From contig CM120649.1 of the NCBI GenBank assembly GCA_051362555.1, positions 1,426,001 through 1,490,000 of the forward strand: a stretch of DNA of 64,000 nt. The letters are read 5' to 3'. This stretch comes from Lingula anatina (Eukaryota > Animalia > Brachiopoda). The notes under the pieces were generated by a model. It saw nothing but the letters and a program-made list of their open reading frames with translations. It had not been told where the DNA came from and ran no database searches. The position numbers and the translations under genes are program-made. This document shows positions 51,702 to 61,388 of the stretch, one piece after another (the first letter of the stretch is position 1; each line of letters starts with the position of its first letter).

Positions 51702-54531
51702 GTCAGTACTAGTACTAGTATAGTACGGGTATAGCACTAACACTGGTCAATTTACTAACTAGTAGCCAAATGCTAAAACTGAATTAAGTTGGCTAAACCG
51801 AGGACATATATTCAATATACGTGACCCTTGGCTAAACAAAATGGGGGTGATTTGACTTGTTTTAGTCATATTTAATTCATTTGAAGAAGAAAGTACTTGT
51901 GATAGAAAAGTAATTTAGTAGTGACTTGGCTAGGTGAAAAAAACTGCTAGTGCTGTCCCAGTTTTGTCAAATTGGACAGTTTTTAAAATTAAATGGGAGT
52001 TGTAGATGAGACAGTGAGAGAGACTTATCTTCATTACCAATCACCGATTTAACCAAGAAGCCCAAACTTATTTTTCAAAAGTGGGAAATTCATGCCAGGG
52101 GAATTTTTTTTTTTCAAAAGTGGAAATTTATGGTAAGTAGAGAGTCTCTCCCTCTCTCTCTCTTTTTTTTCCAGATTTTGTGCTTAGATTGGTCTTTATA
52201 TTAAGCATCCTACAATGTCCATAAGATTAATTTTTGTCAGTCTGCATTTCATTTCTTATTTATTAGATTTTTTATGGCTTTATTACAGCTACTGTATAGA
52301 TCTGTGGACTGTTACACCTAGAATAATTTCACAAGGTCTATGTTATTTCAACACGGAAACATTATCCTTGATATCCTATCCACCTGCTTTGCTGCTTTTC
52401 TTTTCTTTATCAGCATTTTAAAGTGAATTTATCATATTCTTGACCAGGATGTGGCTTTCAAGCGAAGTTAAAGAGTGTGATAAGACCATTTCTTATACAT
52501 CCTGCTTTGAACGTTTTGTTTTTCATGTGTAAGAAAAAAAATCCAAGACTTCCTCTTGGTAACTATGTAAAAATGCTTGGGAGCTGCATACTGTTCTTGC
52601 AGTTTGTTATAAATCTAGAGGACCTACTGCAGGGGTGGATCCAGAGATATTTTCTGACAGTCTTCCAAATTATCTTTGTTGATCCAGCCTCCATTTTTGA
52701 CCGTCTTCCGAGAGAAAAAATTAGATACCCATCAATGAAAACTTGAAAATCTGACCGTCTTCCGGAAGACCCAGAAGAATCCGCCACTGTACTATTAACT
52801 AGTATGTTCCAATCTTTTTTCTTTTCTTTTTTAATAGACCTTATTCTTGAACACCAAAATGTGGATAATGTTACTGACATGTAATCAAAGTCACTAGGGT
52901 GGAAAGCGGCCACACCCTTTTGCATGAAAGACCATGACAATTTCCTAAATAGTTGCAATCATAAAAACTCTTTTCAAAATACACATTATACTAGTATGAG
53001 CTGTCTTTGTTATCTAGACTTTTTTCCTATTGAACAATGTGCTACATAAGGCAAAAGAGGGACATCCATTCCTTGACCTAGTTTTGTTTGAATTTTGTAC
53101 TCTCAAACCTGTTTGAAACTTGATCACAGATTTATCATCGGTAGCTAAAGGGCCATGCCCCCTTCCCCCCCCTCCCACCCTCCCCGATCTTCTTCCCTTT
53201 GGGTCATCTTTATATGATTAAAGTGAAGGCTTTTTTTATGTACATGTATTTTCATGTTTTAATTTACTAGCTTCTAATTTTTACCATTAGAGTGAACATT
53301 AATTATTACTAGAACAATAGACTTTCTTTCAGAATATGTTATATATCAGAATGAAATTTAGTGACTGTGGCCTAGAGTACTTTAATAGGGTTGGGTTTGC
53401 TTAACCTTATACTGAATAAGCAAATATACATTATATACTATTCTTAATGTACTAGAACTAAGATTTCATCAGTTCTAGTTTTTCCTGTTTTTTTCTGTAG
53501 TCACAGTGGATGATAAGGTATTGCAGATTATTTCATATATCATTTCATTTGCCTTTGGTTCTAGGTCAAATATTTTCCTTGATAAAAATAAACAGGGTGC
53601 CATGATGTCGATGTGAATGTACTGAGATTTCATCATTAGTCATATTTTCTGTTTTTCTATCTTATATCACAACAGATTGAAATTTGTTTTATATATATTA
53701 TTACCTCTGACAAGGATGCGAGGTTTTGCTTGTCATTTGTTTGTCTGTAGAAAGCATTACTAGTATGCAAAAAGTCTTGAATAAATTTTGATGAAATTTT
53801 CAGGATGGGCCACAAATGGGCTAAGTAGGAAATGGTTAGATTTTTGTGATAGTCCATTAATTGATTAATTAATAATTTATATTTTCATGCCAGCCCCTGG
53901 GGGATGGATGGTGCAGCCCCAGGTCCCCGTTGGCTGTCCTCCTGGTCTGGAGTACCTTACTCAGGTAGACCAGGTGCTAGTCCATCAACAGACAGAGCTG
54001 CTGGAAGGTAAGACTAGGCTCTGTTCACATTCAACTTGAGCCGGGCCTAACTGAGCCATGGCTCAAATATGGCCCAACCCACTTGAAAGCATGCTATTAG
54101 TAAGATATAAATTATTGCTCTACGCCTGTAGGGATGGTGCGTGTGGAAGGTGGGAATCCATTGTGAAGTGCATGCCATATTTGATGCAAAGATCAGTTGC
54201 TCCACAGATCAACTGATTGTGAATATAAGCTTAGGCTCTTGTTTTTGTAGACAACCTATAAAAAGGATTACAACTGTTCTTATGACATTCACATTTCACA
54301 ATGAATACATTATAAAAGCTTACACACACTTACACATATGTGATGTAAATTTATGATATATTTATTGGGATGAAGTACTAGTACTACTTCCACAACTTTT
54401 AAGAACCTCTGTTTCTGTAAATTACTCTATGGTCAAGTTGCAACCTAGTGTTAAGGGAGAATGCAGCACTGTTGATATTAATTTAATGATGATCCATTGG
54501 CAGACATTGTTATTCAAGAAGTAAATCCCAA

Positions 54532-54586
<55 letters not shown>

Positions 54587-56796
54587 GTGTTTTGAACCTC
54601 GTCGTTGCAGCATTTACTGGTTTTGAGACCAACAACAAGTACGAGATCAAGAACAGCATGGGACAGAGGGTCTACTTCGCCGCAGAAGGTGAGATAGTCA
54701 CTAGTACTTGTCAGGGTGTGATTGGAAGTTGAATCTAATTTGAGAGAGAGAGAGAGAGAGAGGCAAACAGCATGGGACAGAGGGTCTACTTTGCCGCAGA
54801 AGGTGAGATAATCACTAGTACTTGCGAGGGTGTGATTGGAAGTTGAATTCAATTTGAGAGAGAGAGAGAGAGAGACGAAAAGCATGGGACAGAGGGTCTA
54901 TTTTGCTGCGGAAGGTGAGATGTGTGGGTGAGATGATCACTAGTAGGTGTGACTGGAAGTTAAATTTAGAATTTGGATTACAAGAGTTAGAGAGAATATG
55001 GAGGAGCTCTAGTTCTGTGTTGTAGAATTAAAAGGAATAAGGGAGTGTAAAGTGTATGCTTTGCGAAGAGAAAGTTTTGGGATATTTCAAGCCGAAATCA
55101 AAGAATAGTAGTTTGAATATTCTCTCCCATTAGTCTAGAGAAAGTTCATGTTGAGTGAATGTATTCTTTGTTAATGTAGTTAAAAACAAAAGATTTATTA
55201 CTTTGTTTTCTTAACAGAAAAGGACTTGGGGATGTCATTTTGCCAGATACAATCATTTGCGTTGATCAATGCAAACCCCTTTGATTTTTCATATTGATTG
55301 ATTCATATTTTTCATGTTGCTTGTGATGTCCTGAAAATTGTCAAGTATTATTTGTGCTTTGTAACAAACTAACCTCTGTAATGGCTTGTTTTCCGTCTGC
55401 ACCTGAAAGCTGGTGGATGTTGTTCGTGTTGTAATCGTAGCTGCTGTGGCTCAGCACGCGGGTTTGACATCCGTATCGTGGACACCAGCGGGCGTGAGGT
55501 CATCCATCTAAGACGCCCCTTACGCTGCAGCACGTGTTGGTGTCCATGTTGCTTACAGGTAGTGGTTGCTTTTCGTTGAGTGCTTTGTTGATGTTGCAAG
55601 GTGTTGTCTTGATGTTGAAGAGTGTTGCTTTGATGTTGGAAAGCACTGTGGTAATGTTGCATATTATGTTGTGTTGATGTTGTGGAGTATTTTGTTTGGT
55701 TTGGTCTTATGTTGTGTTGGTTTTGAACTTATTTAATTGCATTGTCTTAATTTCAGAAGAGAGTTATTTATTTGCTAGATGTTATTTGCCTCCCCGCAGT
55801 CTCCACTCTTCAGATGTCACTTGTATCAAGACAAGCCGCATCCCGATTTATTTATTTATTTATTTATATAATTGATGTTTTGTATACATTTTTTAGACAC
55901 TGATTGCTGCACGCGGAACATTTGTGGAAACGGTCGACCATTTGACATGAAAATCATGGACAATGTCGGTAAAGAGGTCATCCATTTATCCCGTCCCTTG
56001 AGATGCAGCACTTGCTGGTTTCCATGTTGTTTACAGGTACAAATGAACAAAAATGCTATTTGACTGCATATTTCAGAACCTTTTTGCAGTAAGGCTAGGC
56101 CCTTGTAAGTAAGTTAAACATTTTTGTATTACTTAAGAGGACTTAACCTAGTGTTTAAATACAATAAGCGTGTATTGGTTTCTTTTTTGTTTACAGGTAA
56201 GAAAAGCTAACAAACAAACAAACAAATCATAATACTTATAGTTTGTTCTTAGAAAATTCAACTTTCCCTTAAAAAAGTTGAACATATTTGATTTGAAGAT
56301 TGCTGTTTTATTTTTTCTGTGTTATTTTGCCTAATTTTTTAATTTGTATTTGTCTATTGGGGTGTATTGATGCAGTGGATACTTCTTATTGAAATGTAGA
56401 TTTGTATCAAATTCATGAGAATGCCTTTTTCTTTTATTGCAAAATTCTATCAAAAATAATGTAAGTAATATTAATGATTCAGGACCTACTGAATGGAGAG
56501 AGATAACTGAAAAAGTATAACCATAAAATCTTATGTTTAAAATATGCTTGAATTTTTATGACTGATCAGTCATTATATTATAAAAGAGAATTGCATCTGC
56601 TAGCTATGCACTGTAGAATTGCAAATTAAATCTACACGAAGCTCTACTAATTGATTATCAGTTTTTAAGATAATTGGAATAATTTTTATAGCTTTTATAG
56701 AGAGGAACAACAAAGGGAAACGAAAGCCCAATTTGATATCTCATTCTAACTGAATTGTTTGCTTTTCGTGTAATGATCTCTTCCTAGTATTGCTAT

Positions 56797-56827
<31 letters not shown>

Positions 56828-59800
56828 TTTCCCCATAGAGAGTCACCGTGGAGGCTCCCCCAGGCCAGGTGATAGGCTATATAAAACAAGCCTGGAGTAT
56901 CTGCAAACCCAAGTTTTACATCCAGAATGAACATGGAGACGACATCCTCAGAATTGACGGCCCCTGCTTTACTTGCAACATCTGTGGAGACGTGCAGTTC
57001 CAGGTAATACATTTAATACGGAGAATTTGGCCCCATTCAGCATAGGGGACTAACTAGTCCAAGGGTCAAATATGGCCGACCCACTTAAATACTTCCCCAT
57101 GGGATATCTATTCAGAGTCTATTAGCCGATAGCGGATTAGATGGCAAGCTTTGTAGTGGGTAATAACAGTGATTGCAGTAAGGGAGAATCTCCCGTAGAT
57201 TTGGATCGATCCAGCTAGTAAGATAGGTTTATCCCTTTGATAGGTGTATCCGTTTAGGTTTATCCCTTTATCCCTTTGCATTTTCTAGGTCCTGTCCAAG
57301 GACGGGAGCGCCCAGGTGGGTCAAATCTCAAAACAGTGGTCAGGGATCGTCAAGGAAATGTTCACGGACGCTGACAACTTTGGCGTGTCTTTCCCCATGG
57401 ATCTGGATGTGAAGATGAAGGCAGTCATGTTGGGAGCCGTTTTCCTAATTGTGAGTATTCTGCTCCATAGGTGGCGCTGTGGTGCATATAATCAGCTTAC
57501 CAGCATAAATGTTTCTGATAAATGAATCCAATGTTTTTGTTATCGAATACGAGAAATTAAAAAAAATATTTTTAAATGAGAGCACTACTTGGTACATAGT
57601 ACATTGCATACATTTGGAAATCATTATAGGAAAGGGTAGTGTCCTCAGTTTGGGGATATTTTTTAGTATGGAAAAAGATTTAATCCTTTATTTTTAGTGA
57701 AAAGAATGTAGAACTAAATGTTGAAAAGGAATTTTTCAAAATGGGAGCTTCAGAAGGGATTTTATATGCATGTCAATTATTTTTTTTACCATCCCTGTTA
57801 GCCTTTGTGAACATGTTCTCACGTGTCAATTAGGGTCATGAATGACATTTTCATTTAAAATTTTTAGTTTTTTTGTTGTTAAAAGTTTATTTGTTACCTA
57901 TTTGAGTTGATTAGAATTTACATTTTGGTTTAGGACTTCATGTTTTTTGAACAATCTGGAGGTGATAAAGAGCAGCAAACTGTAGGAATGCTCTAGTGTC
58001 ACAGGTAAAGGTCAAGGTGAAGGTGAAGGTCAACATTCTCTTCCCATGGATCCTACTTTTAACTGTTAAAATATACTTATGGTTTATTTATTTATATAGC
58101 TATTGTTTGCATGGGGCAATATGGCTTATATGTAATTATTGTTTGTTTTGCAGCACATAGGGGTTTGCATGTTTTTCATTGTTTTATTTTAATGGCCGTT
58201 ATATATTGATTATGTCACAGTGCACAAAAAACTAGCAAAGCTTAATAACCACAACTATTTCTTAGGAACTGGAACTTCTTTGGGTATCTGACTGATGCTT
58301 CCGCTTTTATAGTTTCTAGGAAACATAATAAATGTGGTGGGTTGTTTGTATAATATTCAAAATGTAGCTGCACAGCTCTCTGCTTCCAGATGGTACTGCT
58401 TTAAAAATCTTTTTATCTCTTCTTAAAAAAGAAAGACTTTTCATCTCTCATGCTTCTTTTCAGTGGTCTATAGACTTGCTTTCTTTTGCTTGTACATCAA
58501 CATATTCAACTGATATATGTGCTCAAATGGTATTATAATGTTTGCAGCAGTTATGTCATTATCCTTTTGCAGCACATTTCATACCTTTGGTCATTCTGTA
58601 TTTCACTTTCTCTCAGTATGTTACATCTCCTGTGTATTTTTCTCTCATCTACACTTTTCTTTATCCAGGATATGAAACGGCTAAAAGAGTTGGACACCAT
58701 AATTATCATTTCAGTCTCCTCTCTATTCTCTGTATCATTGCTTCCCTTGGCTGTATATTTCAACTGTTTTCCTCAATTCTAAATCTTCTGTGTTTTTCCT
58801 TTCAACTTTTCTTCTGCTGTATAGGACATGATGTACTTTGAACAGAATACAGATAAGGCCAAAAGAGGGGGACACCATCACCACTAAGCCAAGAAGACAC
58901 TGTCAGGTACCTTCTGGCAAGGAATGCTGCAGCTCTGTTATAACAGCTGTTTCTGAAGCATTCAGCATTGCATGGCACTTTTATATGCATCATGCTCTGG
59001 TGATTCCCCTCCTCCACCCCCCTCCCCCCCTCCACTTCCCTGCCACACACACACACACACATACACACACACACATCTTTCACACTCTTCATTAAATTGG
59101 GTATGGTATAAACTACATGCATATGTCAATAGAGCCTCTCCTCTATTCTAGATCAGAATTGCATATTTATACCCTAGTGTCCAAAAGGGTTTTAAGATTT
59201 CTGAAGCCCTCAGTGGCCCACAGAGGTATTGCAATATTGCCCAAAGTGCACTTTTATAGAAAAGAAACCCCCTTCTTGACAGGAAGAGCTACGGATGAAA
59301 ATTGTCCGTAAGCCTTATTGGAATACTTTGAACCTGCCTGCAGGCAAACTGCTAACACATGTTTAGCAATGGGCACCTTTCATTTCCAACCCCCATTGTG
59401 ACCTACTTATTTGTAGCATGGTTAAAAGGTCAAAGGTGATGACCTATGACCCGACCTGACCTAATTATTGCATCCTTTTTTCCTTTCAGGACTATATGTT
59501 CTTTGAACAGGCAGGGGACAAAAAGCAAGACAGTGTTGGAAATGTTATCTAAATGATTCTACAGAGAGCTTCCACTTGGAACAAAATTAATGCAGGCATG
59601 AATGTTAAAATTGTGCGATTAATGGAAAAGAAAAATATGTCAGAATAGAAATAAAATAAATGATATCTGTGTACATCATTTAACAAATTATTAATGGACT
59701 AGCATTAAATAAATGCAAAGTGATCATTTAGCGCCAGTAATCAAATTTCAAAAAGTCACGAGGAAAATATAATAGTAAGCAGCATGTAAATTTTGTCAGT

Positions 59801-61388
59801 GGGACATTTGTAGAAAGTTAAATGCAAAAGAGGCCAGTTATAATTTTGCTCATTTGTCATTTTTTTAAACAAAGAACAGAATCACATAAGAAATGATGAA
59901 ACTTGCATATTTGGCCAAAAACAGGATTATTAAAAATGATGAATAATTTTATATTGCCTTTTATGTCTATAATGGTTTACTACTGTTACTACTTAGTTTG
60001 TATACTTTTATAACTTCAAAGTTTCTGAAAATGGGCAGGGTTCAACATGCTTGAAATGTTTTAAATATTTAAAATTGAAATAAATAGATAATAACACCAC
60101 ATAGGATTAGTGCAGTGTCTGTTGCTTTGGTCAAGATGTTGATATTACATTGTATGAATGTAAGCCTACAAATCGCAAAATTAAGTTATTTTTCAAAAAA
60201 TAGAAATATTGTTATTAGGTCAATTTAAATAAAACAACTTTTGAACCACCATACACAAGTTATAATTGGAATATATCTGAAAGTATTAAAGTTATTCATT
60301 TGACAATCTTAAGATACAAAGAATGCTTTTGTATTTAAAGAGATTTGTAAACAACTAAGAAAAATATGTTTGAAATTAAAAGAAAATCGAGCCTTGCTAA
60401 AAATGAGGTTAGTATAAAGTGTGCCTTTATTATTAGAGTGAAGCTATTTGAATGTTCTTCACATTCAAATCTCTTGTGTGATCATAAAATGCAGTGTGAG
60501 CTTGTACTAGAGTCTAATTTAGTCAGTCTACCCTTTTCTCTGTTTATTTGATACATTTTAAGCTTCTTATTTCCACTTAACTTCAAAATAACCTCTCACT
60601 GTTTCATTATCATCTTTTCCTTTTTTGTGGTCAAAACACATTTTTGTGTATAATGAAATAAGTCATTTTTGGAATATTTTAAGTTTGTTCCAGTGTTGCA
60701 TTGTGGGTGGGACGGGTTGGTCAAAATGTTCCCATTATAGCCCTCATAAGTTCTGTTCCTACTAACAGTTTTACTTCAGGTTCTTGAATTTTCTCTCTCG
60801 TCTTCTTAAGTTTCACTATTCCAGTTTTGACTTCAGTGTTGGCTTCAGTTTGGCTTCAGTTTTGCACTGAGTAAATCTGAACACTTTTGCAGTTGCCTTT
60901 TATTCAGGGTGTAATTCAGTTTCTTAATGTCTTCTCACTTTTTCAGAATATTAATCAACTGTAGACATAAAATTGTCTGGATATCATTTTGAAAGTTGAT
61001 GTACTTTTATCTCACGTGTAGTAATTCAGATCCAACTTAACTTAATGCCACCTAACAATTTCAGATTCATTAACACTTATTTCAGATTTAACAATATTGA
61101 TACTTTGTGATTTTACAGCTCATTTGATTAAAACTTTTCAGGTGTCATAATTTTATTAAATTTTCTTTAAGTGTACATATAACTTTATTCCTGAAACTGT
61201 TATAAAATTTTTTCAACAATCAGTGTACAGTGATGTTGATTTTGTGCTTTGCATTCATAATATTTTTCATATGATTTTGTTGGAAAAAATGGGCTGATAT
61301 GTTGACATTTTCTGTTTTCTGTTTCTAGGATTACATGTTCTTTGAGAAGTCACAGAATAAAGAAGAGGCTAAAGTTGGAATGGCATAA
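51671..61388 (+). CDS. PLSCR: Phospholipid scramblase (PLSCR family), about 250 aa, with alternative internal and terminal exons
   Basis: Coding exons C1 51671-51701, C2 53894-54007, C3 54611-54688, C4a 55410-55558 or C4b 55897-56036, C5 56839-57003, C6 57289-57450, then one of several last exons. Motifs [35 protein letters not shown]..CWx[12 protein letters not shown] and [34 protein letters not shown] match the PLSCR family. Confidence 0.96.
52630..52789. mobile_element. MITE family C copy, opposite orientation
   Basis: Reverse complement aligns with 17088-17256. Confidence 0.7.
53894..54007 (+). CDS. PLSCR coding exon C2
   Basis: gccag| [38 protein letters not shown] |gtaaga. Confidence 0.95.
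54536..54580. repeat. (TA)n microsatellite just upstream of the PLSCR C3 acceptor
   Basis: Direct reading. Confidence 0.9.
54611..54688 (+). CDS. PLSCR coding exon C3
   Basis: ttgcag| [26 protein letters not shown] |gtgaga. Confidence 0.95.
54652..54960 (+). repeat. Triplicated 112-114-bp unit: 3' half of PLSCR exon C3, its donor and (GA)n
   Basis: agcatgggacagagggtcta.tt.gc.gc.gaag|gtgagat ends at 54688, 54802 and 54914. Confidence 0.92.
55410..55558 (+). CDS. PLSCR alternative exon C4a (duplicate of C4b)
   Basis: tgaaag| [50 protein letters not shown] |gtagtg; open frame with the same phases (1 in, 0 out) as C4b; the AAG acceptor is weak. Confidence 0.8.
55897..56036 (+). CDS. PLSCR alternative exon C4b
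   Basis: ttttag| [47 protein letters not shown] |gtacaa. Confidence 0.95.
56839..57003 (+). CDS. PLSCR coding exon C5
   Basis: ccatag| [19 protein letters not shown]...[15 protein letters not shown] |gtaata. Confidence 0.95.
57289..57450 (+). CDS. PLSCR coding exon C6
   Basis: ttctag| VLSKDG...[44 protein letters not shown] |gtgagt. Confidence 0.96.
57934..57996 (+). CDS. PLSCR alternative last exon C7a
   Basis: gtttag| [20 protein letters not shown]; AATAAA at 58327. Confidence 0.88.
   Translation, partial: DFMFFEQSGGDKEQQTVGML
58669..58782 (+). pseudogene. Frameshifted duplicate of PLSCR last exon C7b (possible fifth terminal exon)
   Basis: atccag|gatatga...gctaaaagagttggacaccat aligns to C7b (gacatga...gccaaaagagggggacaccat) with 22 nt missing; reads [37 protein letters not shown]. 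Confidence 0.5.
58825..58887 (+). CDS. PLSCR alternative last exon C7b
   Basis: Pyrimidine tract plus gtatag| [20 protein letters not shown]; ATTAAA at 59091. Confidence 0.75.
   Translation, partial: DMMYFEQNTDKAKRGGHHHH
59490..59552 (+). CDS. PLSCR alternative last exon C7c
   Basis: ctttcag| [20 protein letters not shown]; AATAAA at 59650. Confidence 0.88.
   Translation, partial: DYMFFEQAGDKKQDSVGNVI
61329..61388 (+). CDS. PLSCR alternative last exon C7d
   Basis: tttctag| [19 protein letters not shown]; AATAAA at 61518 and 61563. Confidence 0.88.
   Translation, partial: DYMFFEKSQNKEEAKVGMA

Noticed and set aside
53697-53860. Short pearl/Helentron-like element starting ttattacctc, with a similar start at about 62930
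   Set aside because: Too degenerate to define ends or family with confidence, so it is not listed as a feature.
55369-56050. Two similar minus-strand ORFs (TCKQHG.Q.VL..KGR) as a repeated peptide gene
   Set aside because: They are the antisense shadows of PLSCR exons C4a and C4b.
55410-61388. Duplicated PLSCR exons as a second tandem gene or an assembly artefact
   Set aside because: Only single exons are duplicated, C2, C5 and C6 are single copy, and the copies are too diverged with unrelated flanks to be haplotype duplication.
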